Of a stretch of 32,000 nucleotides of DNA, positions 19,705 through 29,660 are shown one piece after another (the first letter of the stretch is position 1; every line of letters starts with the position of its first letter). The translations under genes were made by a program, and so were the position numbers. Below the pieces are notes generated by a model. That model worked only from the letters and a program-made list of their open reading frames with translations, was not told the DNA's origin and did no database searches. Origin of the DNA: Thermodesulfobacteriota bacterium (lineage in GTDB: Bacteria > Desulfobacterota > WTBG01 > JAGOGO01); NCBI GenBank assembly GCA_026625185.1, contig CP113000.1, positions 1,065,622 through 1,097,621 of the forward strand. The letters are read 5' to 3'.

Positions 19705-19714
19705 GCCTTTTCTT

Positions 19715-21523
19715 ATGGAGCCAATCAACGATCAGACGATTATCCGAAACTTTTCCATCATCGCCCATATTGACCACGGGAAATCAACTTTGGCAGACCG
19801 TCTTTTGGAGCTGACCGGCGCTGTTTCCGCCCGGGAAATGACCCCCCAGTATCTCGACAAAATGGACCTGGAAAGGGAACGAGGCATTACCATTAAAGCC
19901 CAAACCGTATCTCTGGCCTATCAAGCTCTCGATGGAAAAACTTACCGTTTAAACCTGATTGATACTCCCGGGCACATGGATTTCAGCTATGAGGTTTCCC
20001 GAAGCCTGGCTGCTTGTGAGGGAGCATTATTAGTCGTGGATGCTACCCAGGGGATTGAAGCTCAAACTCTCGCTAATCTCGATTTGGCCTTGGAAAATAA
20101 ACTGAAGATCATTCCCGTGATTAATAAAATCGACCTTCCTCAGGCTGATCCGCAGCGGGTGAAAGAAGAAATTGAATTGCTCCTGGGTGTAGACTCCGCC
20201 GAAATTATGGAGGTTAGCGCTAAATCCGGCACGAACGTTCACATCGTGCTTGAGGCAATAGTTAAGCGGATCCCTGCTCCTTCCGGCAAGAAGGATAATC
20301 CTCTTTCGGCTTTAATATTTGACTCCTGGTATGATACCTACCAAGGAGTTATCGTCCTCATCCGGGTTTTTGAGGGAAAAATTTTCCCCGGGATGCGCAT
20401 TAAACTTTTTGCTTCCAATAACGAATATGAGGTAAACCGCGTAGGAATATTTTCTCCAGCAGCAAAAGATACAGAAGGATTGAGCACCGGCGAAGTAGGC
20501 TTTATTATTGCGGGGATAAAAAACTTACGGGACATCCAAGTTGGGGATACGATCACTGATGCATGCCAACCCACCATTAAACCTTTTCCTGGTTTTCAGG
20601 AATTAAAACCAATGGTTTTTTGTGGGGTTTATCCATCCTTTCCGGAACAATACAACCCTTTGCGCGAGGCATTGGAAAAGCTGAGACTCAATGATTCTTC
20701 ATTTACCTTTGAGCCTGAAAATTCCGTGGCTTTAGGTTTTGGGTTTCACTGTGGTTTTCTGGGTCTCTTGCACAAAGAAATCATTCAGGAGCGGCTGGAG
20801 CGGGAATTTAACCTGGACTTAGTCAGCACCGCTCCTAATGTGGTTTATACTGTAACGACTCTAAAAGGAGACATCGTAAAAATTGAAAGCCCTGACCAGC
20901 TCCCGCCTCCTCAGGAAATTGCCCATATTGCTGAACCCTATATACTTGCCTCGATCCCTACCCCCGTTAAGTACCTGGGAGAGATTTTAAAGCTCTGCGA
21001 AGAAAAACGAGGAATGCAACGCGACCTTAAATATTTATCCCCAGAAAAGGTAGTGTTGAAATATGAAATTCCTTTAAACGAGGTAGTGTGGGATTTTAAT
21101 GACCGATTAAAATCGTTGAGCCGGGGTTATGCTTCTTTTGATTATGAATTCCTTGACTTTCGAAATTCTTCCATGGTTAAATTGGATCTTCTTCTTAATG
21201 GATCAAAAATTGACGCTCTTTCTCTCCTCGTACCAAAAGAAAAAGCGTATTATATTGGAAAAGGACTTGTTGAAAAAATAAGAAAAATAATCCCCCGCCA
21301 CCTCTTTGAGGTAGTTATTCAGGCAGCCATTGGCAGCAAGGTAATTGCCCGAGATTCTATCCCCCCTTTGAGAAAAAATGTTACGGCTAAATGTTATGGG
21401 GGTGATATTACGCGAAAAAGAAAGCTTCTGGAAAAACAGAAAGAGGGGAAAAAGAGGATGAAACAGGTAGGCAAAATATCCATCCCTCAAGAAGCGTTCT
21501 TATCTATTTTAAAAGTAAGTTAA
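19715..21523 (+). CDS. lepA: Translation elongation factor 4 (LepA)
   Basis: [44 protein letters not shown] and the LepA-specific C-terminal domain (..[25 protein letters not shown]..). The track starts at TTG 19703. I prefer ATG 19715 (MEPINDQ...). Neither start has an SD. Confidence 0.96.
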   Translation: MEPINDQTIIRNFSIIAHIDHGKSTLADRLLELTGAVSAREMTPQYLDKMDLERERGITIKAQTVSLAYQALDGKTYRLNLIDTPGHMDFSYEVSRSLAACEGALLVVDATQGIEAQTLANLDLALENKLKIIPVINKIDLPQADPQRVKEEIELLLGVDSAEIMEVSAKSGTNVHIVLEAIVKRIPAPSGKKDNPLSALIFDSWYDTYQGVIVLIRVFEGKIFPGMRIKLFASNNEYEVNRVGIFSPAAKDTEGLSTGEVGFIIAGIKNLRDIQVGDTITDACQPTIKPFPGFQELKPMVFCGVYPSFPEQYNPLREALEKLRLNDSSFTFEPENSVALGFGFHCGFLGLLHKEIIQERLEREFNLDLVSTAPNVVYTVTTLKGDIVKIESPDQLPPPQEIAHIAEPYILASIPTPVKYLGEILKLCEEKRGMQRDLKYLSPEKVVLKYEIPLNEVVWDFNDRLKSLSRGYASFDYEFLDFRNSSMVKLDLLLNGSKIDALSLLVPKEKAYYIGKGLVEKIRKIIPRHLFEVVIQAAIGSKVIARDSIPPLRKNVTAKCYGGDITRKRKLLEKQKEGKKRMKQVGKISIPQEAFLSILKVS

Positions 21524-21585
21524 GCGGTCAAGGGTTGAGGGTTAACCTCTAAATAAAAACACCCGTTACAGCAAATAAATTAATT

Positions 21586-22239
21586 ATGAAAAAAAGTAAA
21601 ACCAAATTCCAGGAAAATTTTGAGGCCATCGTTATTGCCCTTCTCCTTGCCCTTTTCATCCGGACCTTTGTTGTCGAACCATTCAAAATCCCTTCGGGTT
21701 CAATGATCCCAACCCTTTTGGTGGGGGACCACATTTTGGTAAATAAATTTACTTATGGCATTCGAATACCTTTTACCAATAAAAAGATTTTTTCTTTTAA
21801 CAAGCCAACACGGGGAGACGTAATTGTTTTTGTCTACCCTCTCGACCCAACCCTTGACTTTATCAAGAGGGTGATCGGATTAGAGGGGGACACCATCGTG
21901 ATGAAAGGAAAGAAGTTGTATATCAATGGTGAACCCTACTCTGACCCGTATGCTCATTATATTGATGATAAACCTGGAGATATTGAATTCCCAAGAGGCG
22001 ACTTTGGCCCCATAACGGTTCCTAAAAACTCCCTCTTTGTCCTTGGGGATAACCGCGATACGAGCCGCGACAGCCGATTTTGGGGATATGTCCCTCTCGA
22101 ATCAGTAATCGGAAAAGCCTTTATCATTTATTGGTCTAATGGGAGTAATCATATTCGGTTTCCGTGGAACTACCCCATGAAACTTCTCGATGCCATTATC
22201 TATAATCGGTGGACCCGGTTAGGAGATAGAATACATTAG
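21586..22239 (+). CDS. lepB: Signal peptidase I
   Basis: N-terminal TM segment, catalytic Ser box IPSGSMIPTL, Lys box DFIKRVIGLEGD, and GDNRDTSRDSRFWG. It occupies the conserved lepA-lepB position. Confidence 0.92.
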   Translation: MKKSKTKFQENFEAIVIALLLALFIRTFVVEPFKIPSGSMIPTLLVGDHILVNKFTYGIRIPFTNKKIFSFNKPTRGDVIVFVYPLDPTLDFIKRVIGLEGDTIVMKGKKLYINGEPYSDPYAHYIDDKPGDIEFPRGDFGPITVPKNSLFVLGDNRDTSRDSRFWGYVPLESVIGKAFIIYWSNGSNHIRFPWNYPMKLLDAIIYNRWTRLGDRIH

Positions 22240-22337
22240 TCAAGGTAAAAAAAACGGTAATTTTTTGAAATTTTAAAAAATTTTTTCAAATCTTTGAAAT
22301 CATACATTCATTAGACAAAAGGTTTTCGAAAAAAACC

Positions 22338-22366
22338 TTGACGAATGCAAAATATTTTGGTATATT
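22338..22366 (+). promoter_or_regulatory. Candidate sigma-70 promoter of the pyr operon
   Basis: TTGACG (22338-22343), a 17-nt spacer, then TATATT (22361-22366). Confidence 0.45.
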
Positions 22367-22412
22367 TTAAAAAAAAATAAAGTCAGGTTCACTCTAAGCC
22401 TAAAAAACCTTA

Positions 22413-22428
22413 ATCCCCGAGAAGGGAT
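22413..22428 (+). promoter_or_regulatory. Candidate PyrR-type binding hairpin (anti-antiterminator) in the pyr leader
   Basis: AUCCC-CGAGAA-GGGAU is a 5-bp stem with a purine-rich hexaloop. It resembles the PyrR-binding core UCCAGAGAGG as I remember it. Its 3' half, GAGAAGG (22419-22425), can alternatively pair with CCTTCTT (22469-22475) in the terminator's 5' arm. Confidence 0.4.
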
Positions 22429-22467
22429 AACGATATTGAAATTTTGCAGGAAACGTTGTCTTAAACA

Positions 22468-22501
22468 ACCTTCTTACTGAATGGTAAGGAGGTTTTTTTT
22501 T
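22468..22501 (+). terminator. Intrinsic terminator inside the pyrB 5' leader (attenuator)
   Basis: ACCTTCTTAC-TGAATG-GTAAGGAGGT is a 10-bp stem with one G-U pair, followed by a run of 9 T. It lies between the candidate promoter and the pyrB start. Confidence 0.7.
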
Positions 22502-22527
22502 GGAGTTTATTAGAGGGACTTTAAAGG

Positions 22528-23481
22528 TTGTTTGCGGTCAAAATGAAACTTAAAAGCAAAGATTTGTTGGGGTTAGAAGAATTAACGTCTGAAGAAATTT
22601 CTTTAATTTTAGCTATTGCTCAGTCGATGAAAGAAATTTTTTCCAAAAAAAAGCAAGTACCCCCTTCTTTAAAAGGAAAGCTGATCATCAATCTTTTTTA
22701 TGAACCCAGCACCCGTACCCGAACTTCTTTTGAAATAGCAGGAAAAAGACTGGGAGCCGATATTATCAATTTTGATTTTTCAGCCAGCAGTATGTCAAAA
22801 GGGGAGACCTTCAAGGATACGGTGCTTAATCTTCACGCAATGAAACCGGATATTATAGTGATTCGTCATTCAGTTTCTGGCGCCCCACAGTTCGTTGCCA
22901 ATAATATTTCAGCCTCGGTTATAAACGCTGGCGATGGAGCTCATGAGCACCCGACCCAGGCGCTTTTAGACCTTTTCACCATAAAGGAAACTTTTGGGAG
23001 AATCGAAAGATTGCGAGTAGCCATTATTGGCGATATCAGCCATAGTCGAGTAGCGCGTTCCAATATTTGGGGGCTTACTAAGCTGGGAGCTCTCGTAAAA
23101 ATAGCCGGCCCACCAACTCTTATCCCCGCTCAGATAGAAAAGATGGGGGTTGAAGTCTTTTATGATGTGGATGCAGCGATTAAAGATGTTGATGTTATCA
23201 TCTGTCTTCGGATCCAGACGGAACGTCAAAATCAAAATCTGCTTCCTTCCTTAAAAGAGTACAGCCGGTTTTTTGGCATTAATCAGGAAAGGCTGGGCAA
23301 AGCGAAACCCAGGGCAATGGTCATGCACCCTGGCCCGATAAACCGGGGGGTGGAAATAACCTCTGACGTAGCTGATGGTAAAAAATCTCTCACCCTCAAA
23401 CAGGTTGCTAATGGACTAGCGGTCCGCATGGCCTTGTTTTATCTTCTGGCCGGAGAGAATCAGAAAAATGTTGCTTATTAA
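22528..23481 (+). CDS. pyrB: Aspartate carbamoyltransferase catalytic subunit
   Basis: EPSTRTRTSFE, HPTQALLD and HPGPINRG are canonical ATCase motifs. TTG 22528 has GAGGG about 10 nt upstream. The alternative, ATG 22543, has no SD. Confidence 0.95.
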   Translation: MFAVKMKLKSKDLLGLEELTSEEISLILAIAQSMKEIFSKKKQVPPSLKGKLIINLFYEPSTRTRTSFEIAGKRLGADIINFDFSASSMSKGETFKDTVLNLHAMKPDIIVIRHSVSGAPQFVANNISASVINAGDGAHEHPTQALLDLFTIKETFGRIERLRVAIIGDISHSRVARSNIWGLTKLGALVKIAGPPTLIPAQIEKMGVEVFYDVDAAIKDVDVIICLRIQTERQNQNLLPSLKEYSRFFGINQERLGKAKPRAMVMHPGPINRGVEITSDVADGKKSLTLKQVANGLAVRMALFYLLAGENQKNVAY

Positions 23482-24763
23482 AAACGGAAGGGTTATTGAC
23501 CCGGCTAACAACATCGACAATGCGCTGGATATTTTTATCAATCAAGGGAAAATCATCCGTGTCGGCAAGAATATTGATCCGAAAGGGATAAGCAGAGACA
23601 GCGGTAAATTTCGGATCATTGATGCCTCAGGAAAAATCATTGCCCCGGGATTCATTGACATGCATACTCATCTTCGGGAACCCGGTCAGGAAGGTAAAGA
23701 AACCATTGCCACGGGTTGTCGGGCTGCTGCGGTCGGGGGTTTTACCGCGCTTGCCTGCATGCCCAATACTAATCCTGTTAATGACAATAAGATTGTCACC
23801 AGCTATATAATAAATAAAGCCCTTAAGGAAGGTTGTGTCCGAGTTTATCCTATCGGGGCAATCACTCGGGGTTTAAAAGGAGAGAACCTCTCTGATATCG
23901 GAGAATTAAAAACTGCCGGGGTCGTTGCTCTGTCGGATGATGGCGAGCCGGTTATGAATGCTGAGGTTATGCGCCGCGCTTTAGAGTACGTTAAGAGCTT
24001 TAACCTCACGATAATTTCTCACTGTGAAGACAAAGACCTCTCTCAGTCCGGAGCAATGCATGAAGGTTTTGTCTCTACCCGCTTAGGTCTTCCCGGTATT
24101 CCGGCTGCGGCAGAAGAAGTGATGGTGGCGAGAGATCTGATTTTAGCGGAAATGACCTCCTCGCATATCCATATTGCGCATGTGAGCACCGCGGGTTCAG
24201 TAGATTTAATCCGCCGGGCAAAAGCAAAAGGCATTCGAGTAACCTGTGAAGTAACCCCCCACCACTTCACGTTAACCGATGAAGCAGTGACATTGTTTGA
24301 CCCCAACACCAAGGTAAATCCTCCGTTAAGGTCTCAAGAGGATCGAGACGCTTTGCGCGAAGGGTTAAGGGATGGAACCATTGATGCGATCGCCACCGAC
24401 CATGCGCCTCATGATAGTCTGGCGAAAGATATAGAATATACTTTGACCGCTAACGGCATCGTTGGTTTAGAAACCGCAGTCTCGTTGACTTTAAACGAAC
24501 TGGTCCATAGCAATATCCTTACCATTAATCAGGCGATCGCCCGGCTCAGCGCTAACCCTGCTCGTATTTTAGGGTTAAAAGGCGGCGCTCTTCACGAAGG
24601 TGAAGATGCGGATATAACCGTCCTCGACCTTCAACGGGAATTTATGGTAAAGCCGGAAACATTTAAATCCAAATCACGCAATACTCCTTTTGGTGGTTGG
24701 AAACTTAATGGTGGACCAATCATGACCATCGTAGCCGGAAATATTGTTTGGGAGGCTAAGTAA
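23468..24763 (+). CDS. pyrC: Dihydroorotase (long, type I form)
   Basis: 431 aa with DMHTHLREPG and DHAPH, and an amidohydrolase fold pattern. It overlaps the pyrB stop by 14 nt. Confidence 0.95.
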   Translation: MLLIKNGRVIDPANNIDNALDIFINQGKIIRVGKNIDPKGISRDSGKFRIIDASGKIIAPGFIDMHTHLREPGQEGKETIATGCRAAAVGGFTALACMPNTNPVNDNKIVTSYIINKALKEGCVRVYPIGAITRGLKGENLSDIGELKTAGVVALSDDGEPVMNAEVMRRALEYVKSFNLTIISHCEDKDLSQSGAMHEGFVSTRLGLPGIPAAAEEVMVARDLILAEMTSSHIHIAHVSTAGSVDLIRRAKAKGIRVTCEVTPHHFTLTDEAVTLFDPNTKVNPPLRSQEDRDALREGLRDGTIDAIATDHAPHDSLAKDIEYTLTANGIVGLETAVSLTLNELVHSNILTINQAIARLSANPARILGLKGGALHEGEDADITVLDLQREFMVKPETFKSKSRNTPFGGWKLNGGPIMTIVAGNIVWEAK

Positions 24764-24766
24764 ACG

Positions 24767-25909
24767 ATGACCATTGCCAAAGCAATTCTTTGTTTAGAAA
24801 ATGGGCGAACTTTCCTGGGTGAATCGTTTGGCGCCCAGGGAGAAACAACCGGAGAAGTGGTGTTTAACACCAGTTTGAGCGGTTACCAGGAGGTTCTCAC
24901 TGATCCTTCGTATAAAGGTCAGATTGTTACCATGACCTACCCGCTGATCGGCAACTATGGCATCAACGAGGAAGACAGCGAGTCAGAAAAACCGCAGGTG
25001 GAAGGTTTTGTGGTAAGAGAATTAAGCTCACTCCCTTCTAACTGGAGAAGTCAAAAAACCCTTGATGAATATTTTAAAGAATATAGCATAGTTGGAATCC
25101 AGGGGATTGATACCCGGGCGCTAACGAAACATATCCGGGATGCGGGAGCTCAGTTGGGAATCATTTCCACCGTAGACCTCGATCCCCAAAGCCTGAGAGA
25201 AAAACTCGAAAAAGCCCCGCAATATGTTGGTCGTGACTTGGTAAAAGAAGTTACCTGTAACCACTCCTATGAGTGGAAAGAGGGGACGTGGAGTTTTCCC
25301 GGAGGCGATAAGAAACCTTCACGGCCAAAGGAGGAGCGATTTAACGTTATCGTTTATGATTACGGAGTAAAAAGAAATATCCTCCGTCATTTGGTTGATG
25401 AAGGATGTGATGTAACGGTAGTGCCGGCCTCTTTCCCCGCGGAAGACGTTTTGGGGTTGCGTCCCCAGGGAGTCTGCCTCTCCAATGGACCGGGAGACCC
25501 GGCAGCGCTTCCTTATGTTGTTGACAATATAAAAAAGCTTATCGGCAAACTGCCGATTATGGGTATCTGTATGGGGCATCAAATTTTAGGACTTGCCCTA
25601 GGCGGCAAAACCTATAAGCTTAAATTTGGCCATCGGGGAGGTAACCAGCCGGTAAAAGACCTGGTCACGGGAAACGTTGCGATCACCGCCCAAAACCACG
25701 GATTTTGCGTTGATCTCGAAACCCTTGATACCCGAGAAGTGTTTTTAACGCATATCAACCTTAATGACCAGACCCTCGAGGGATTTCAGCACAAGCAGTT
25801 ACCGCTTTTTTCGGTTCAGTATCATCCGGAAGCGGCCCCCGGTCCTCATGATGCCTCTTACCTTTTCAAACAATTTTGTGAACTGATGAAACATGCCCAA
25901 GCGAACTGA
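24767..25909 (+). CDS. carA: Carbamoyl-phosphate synthase small (glutaminase) subunit
   Basis: The N-terminal CPSase small-chain domain ([21 protein letters not shown]) is followed by a class-I GATase with GICMGHQ and the HPE triad. Confidence 0.96.
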   Translation: MTIAKAILCLENGRTFLGESFGAQGETTGEVVFNTSLSGYQEVLTDPSYKGQIVTMTYPLIGNYGINEEDSESEKPQVEGFVVRELSSLPSNWRSQKTLDEYFKEYSIVGIQGIDTRALTKHIRDAGAQLGIISTVDLDPQSLREKLEKAPQYVGRDLVKEVTCNHSYEWKEGTWSFPGGDKKPSRPKEERFNVIVYDYGVKRNILRHLVDEGCDVTVVPASFPAEDVLGLRPQGVCLSNGPGDPAALPYVVDNIKKLIGKLPIMGICMGHQILGLALGGKTYKLKFGHRGGNQPVKDLVTGNVAITAQNHGFCVDLETLDTREVFLTHINLNDQTLEGFQHKQLPLFSVQYHPEAAPGPHDASYLFKQFCELMKHAQAN

Positions 25910-28900
25910 CATTAAGAAAATTTTGGTTATCGGCTCAGGCCCGATTATAATCGGCCAGGCCTGTGAGTTTGACTATTCAGGAACCCAAGCTTGTAAGGCC
26001 TTAAAAGAAGAAGGCTACCACGTCGTCCTTGTCAATAGTAACCCGGCCACGATCATGACCGATCCCGAAGTAGCGGATAGCACCTATATTGAGCCGGTTA
26101 ATGCCAGTGTGATTGCGGATATCATTGCCCAGGAAAATCCCGATAAAAAGCCTCATTACCTTGCTTTGCTTCCGACCATTGGTGGGCAGACGGGACTTAA
26201 TGCCGCGATCGCCCTCGGGAGAAGCGGCGTCCTTGAAGAATATAACGTTGCGCTCATCGGGGCTAAGTTAGACGCCATCATGAAGGCAGAAGACCGGGAA
26301 CTTTTTAAAAAAAGCATGGATCGCATTGGACTCTCCATGCCTCAAGGAGAATATGTCTATAACCTTCGTGAAGCACTGAAGGCGGCAGATGAGTTAGGGT
26401 ATCCTGTTATTCTCCGACCGGCTTTTAATTTGGGCGGAACCGGAGGGGGAATTGCTTTTTCCCGCGTTGAACTGGAGGGTATTTTAAGGCCTTTTTTTAA
26501 AGATTCTCAGTTTAATCAGGTCTTGATCGAAAAATCGGTTATCGGGTGGAAAGAATATGAACTTGAGGTAATGCGTGATTTAAACGACAATGTAGTCATC
26601 ATCTGCTCCATTGAAAACTTTGACCCCATGGGCATCCACACCGGTGACAGTATCACCGTAGCTCCCGCGCAAACCTTAACGGATAAAGAGTATCAACGCA
26701 TGCGCAATGCTGCTATTGCCGTCATTCGGGAAATCGGCGTAGAAACCGGTGGTTCAAATATCCAGTTTGCGATAAATCCGGAAAACGGAGAAATGCTGGT
26801 GATCGAAATGAACCCAAGAGTATCCCGAAGCTCGGCTTTAGCTTCCAAAGCCACGGGATTTCCTATTGCCAAGATCGCCGCTAAGCTGGCAATCGGCTAT
26901 ACCTTGGATGAAATTCCCAATGACATCACCCGTTATACCAAGGCTTCCTTTGAACCGGTCATTGACTATGTGGTAACAAAAATCCCCCGGTGGGCGTTTG
27001 ATAAATTTCCGGAAACCGATCAGACCCTTAACACCCAGATGAAGTCTGTGGGGGAGATAATGGCGATTGGTCGTACCTTTAAAGAATCATTTCAAAAAGC
27101 CATCCGGTCTTTAGAAATCGGGTATCATGGCTTGGAAAAAACAGAAAAAGATCACACCGGCGATCCCCAAAAGTCCGGAAAAACAGGGACAAAGAAATCC
27201 CTTAAAAAGATCCGGGAAAAGTTAAAGATGCCGAACTGGGAGCGAATCTTTTATATTGCTCAGGCCTTGAGAGTGGGAATGACTATCGAAGAAATCAACG
27301 ATTTAACCAAGATTGATCCATGGTTTTTATTTAATATAAAGGAGATCCTTGATTTAGAAATCGGGCTTAGTAAACATACCTTACAATCGGTACCACCTGA
27401 ACAAATTCGCAAAGCAAAACAGTTTGGGTTTAGTGATATTAAATTGGCGGAAATCTTTCAGACCGACGAAATTTCCTTCCGCACTTTCCGAAAATCGCTC
27501 GGCATTGAGGCGGTGTTTAAGATGGTCGATACCTGTTCCGCGGAGTTCGAAGCCTATACCCCGTACTATTATTCCACGTACGAAACTGAAGATGAAGCCA
27601 AGCCGTCGGATAAACCCAAAGTCATGATTCTCGGAGGAGGCCCTAACCGCATCGGGCAAGGAATCGAATTTGACTATTGCTGTGTCCACGCCGCCTTAGC
27701 CTTAAAGGAAGTTGGCTATGAAGTAATCATGGTGAACTGTAATCCCGAAACCGTATCCACTGATTATGACACTTCAGATCGCCTCTTTTTTGAGCCCTTA
27801 ACCCGAGAAGATATTTTAAATATCATTGATCGCGAAAAGCCCATGGGGGTGATTGTCCAGTTTGGCGGCCAGACGCCCCTTAATTTAGCTCTACCCTTGA
27901 AAGAACAGGCGGTGCCCATATTAGGAACCGACCCGGAAAATATCGATTTAGCTGAAGACCGAGAACGATTTAAAGCGGTCATTGAGAAATTAAACTTAGA
28001 GCAGCCGAAAAATGGTTGTGCCCGTTCCTATGGCGAAGCGAAGGAGATTGCTCAAGATATCGGCTACCCGGTAGTCGTGAGACCTTCATATGTCTTGGGC
28101 GGGAGATCAATGGAGGTTGTGTATGATGAAGGTTCTCTCAATGCTTATATGGATCAAGCAGTGAAAGTTTCCTTAAAGCGGCCGGTTTTGATTGATAAAT
28201 TTTTAGAGGATGCGATTGAAGTAGACGTCGATGCGATCGCTGATGGCGAAAGAGTGGTCATAGCCGGGCTCATGGAGCATATTGAGGAGGCCGGGGTCCA
28301 CTCTGGAGATAGTACCTGTGTGCTCCCTCCTTACACCATTACGGAAGATTTGATTAAAGTCCTTAAAGAACAAACTCATGCCTTGGGAAAAGAACTAAAT
28401 GTTAAAGGGCTTATGAATATTCAGTATGCCATAAAAAATGATATCGTGTATGTATTGGAAGTAAATCCCCGTGCCTCCCGGACCATTCCCTTTGTAAGCA
28501 AGGCAACCGGCATCCCATGGGCAAAGGTCGCGTCTTTAGTAATGGTGGGTTATTCTTTAAAAGATCTGGGTATTATTGAAGAATATAATGTTAATCATGT
28601 TTCGGTCAAAGAGTCGGTATTTCCTTTTAGCAAATTTCCCGGCGTTGATTCCGTGCTCGGCCCGGAGATGAAGTCTACCGGAGAGGTAATGGGGATTGAT
28701 GATGACTTTGGGATTGCCTTGAGCAAAGCTCAGATGGGTGCCAGTCAAGAGCTTCCGTTGGGCAAAAGGTTTGGAGGAACGGTTTTTATCAGTGTTAAAA
28801 ATAAAGACAAACGGGTCATTGTTTTTATTGCTAAAAAGCTTCACGAACTGGGATTCAGAATTGTTGCTACTGAAGGGACAACCAAGGCTTTACGCAAACA

Positions 28901-29660
28901 CGGTGTTCCGGTTTCGGAAGTTATCGGAAAAGTCTACGAAAAGAGCCGAGGGGCAACCGTGGTGGATCGCATCCACCGGTTAGAGGTTGATTTGATCATC
29001 AACACCCCTCAGGGGAAGGGTCCTTATAGCGATAACTACATTATCCGGCAACAAGCAATCATAAATAAAGTTCCCTGTTTTACGACCATATCCGCTGCTG
29101 CGGCTGCGGTGAATGCTATTGAATCAGTGATGCGGCAGCGTGGATTATTTGCTGAAGAAGAAACTTTGCGCCAACGCATTGAAAAATCCTCTGCTCCAGC
29201 GCTCTTCATCAGTGTTGATTATAGCCATCACAATGAAAATCTCATCTCGTTAGCGCGAATTATCAGCAAGATAAAACCAACCATTTTAGCCACTAAGGGA
29301 ACGGCAGACTTTCTTGCTGCGCATGGGATTAAAGTCGAAAACGTCATTCCCCGAATCTCCGAGGGAGAAAAACACACCATTATTGAGTATATGGAAAAAG
29401 GCAAGGTCGCCTTTATCCTCAATGTCATAGATAAGAAAGACGAAAATGCCATTAGTGATGGCTTCATTATCCGACGAGTTGCGGTTTCCCGATCAATACC
29501 TTATCTTACCAACATCGAGGAATGCTTAGGCGAATTCCAGCACAAAAAACAACTGGCTCTTTTTAAAAAGAGGATAAAAAATCTTCAGGATTATCATCAC
29601 CATATTAATATTTTTAAACCAAAAAATAAGGTTAATCTAAGGCCATGTATTCTATCTTAG
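25893..29660 (+). CDS. carB: Carbamoyl-phosphate synthase large subunit with a ~155-aa C-terminal extension containing a second MGS-like domain
   Basis: Canonical start [30 protein letters not shown], two ATP-grasp halves, an oligomerisation domain and a first MGS-like allosteric domain (nt ~28773-29140). An extra domain follows at nt ~29193-29537. At 1255 aa it is longer than the ~1070 aa typical of CarB. It overlaps carA by 17 nt. Confidence 0.96.
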   Translation: MPKRTDIKKILVIGSGPIIIGQACEFDYSGTQACKALKEEGYHVVLVNSNPATIMTDPEVADSTYIEPVNASVIADIIAQENPDKKPHYLALLPTIGGQTGLNAAIALGRSGVLEEYNVALIGAKLDAIMKAEDRELFKKSMDRIGLSMPQGEYVYNLREALKAADELGYPVILRPAFNLGGTGGGIAFSRVELEGILRPFFKDSQFNQVLIEKSVIGWKEYELEVMRDLNDNVVIICSIENFDPMGIHTGDSITVAPAQTLTDKEYQRMRNAAIAVIREIGVETGGSNIQFAINPENGEMLVIEMNPRVSRSSALASKATGFPIAKIAAKLAIGYTLDEIPNDITRYTKASFEPVIDYVVTKIPRWAFDKFPETDQTLNTQMKSVGEIMAIGRTFKESFQKAIRSLEIGYHGLEKTEKDHTGDPQKSGKTGTKKSLKKIREKLKMPNWERIFYIAQALRVGMTIEEINDLTKIDPWFLFNIKEILDLEIGLSKHTLQSVPPEQIRKAKQFGFSDIKLAEIFQTDEISFRTFRKSLGIEAVFKMVDTCSAEFEAYTPYYYSTYETEDEAKPSDKPKVMILGGGPNRIGQGIEFDYCCVHAALALKEVGYEVIMVNCNPETVSTDYDTSDRLFFEPLTREDILNIIDREKPMGVIVQFGGQTPLNLALPLKEQAVPILGTDPENIDLAEDRERFKAVIEKLNLEQPKNGCARSYGEAKEIAQDIGYPVVVRPSYVLGGRSMEVVYDEGSLNAYMDQAVKVSLKRPVLIDKFLEDAIEVDVDAIADGERVVIAGLMEHIEEAGVHSGDSTCVLPPYTITEDLIKVLKEQTHALGKELNVKGLMNIQYAIKNDIVYVLEVNPRASRTIPFVSKATGIPWAKVASLVMVGYSLKDLGIIEEYNVNHVSVKESVFPFSKFPGVDSVLGPEMKSTGEVMGIDDDFGIALSKAQMGASQELPLGKRFGGTVFISVKNKDKRVIVFIAKKLHELGFRIVATEGTTKALRKHGVPVSEVIGKVYEKSRGATVVDRIHRLEVDLIINTPQGKGPYSDNYIIRQQAIINKVPCFTTISAAAAAVNAIESVMRQRGLFAEEETLRQRIEKSSAPALFISVDYSHHNENLISLARIISKIKPTILATKGTADFLAAHGIKVENVIPRISEGEKHTIIEYMEKGKVAFILNVIDKKDENAISDGFIIRRVAVSRSIPYLTNIEECLGEFQHKKQLALFKKRIKNLQDYHHHINIFKPKNKVNLRPCILS

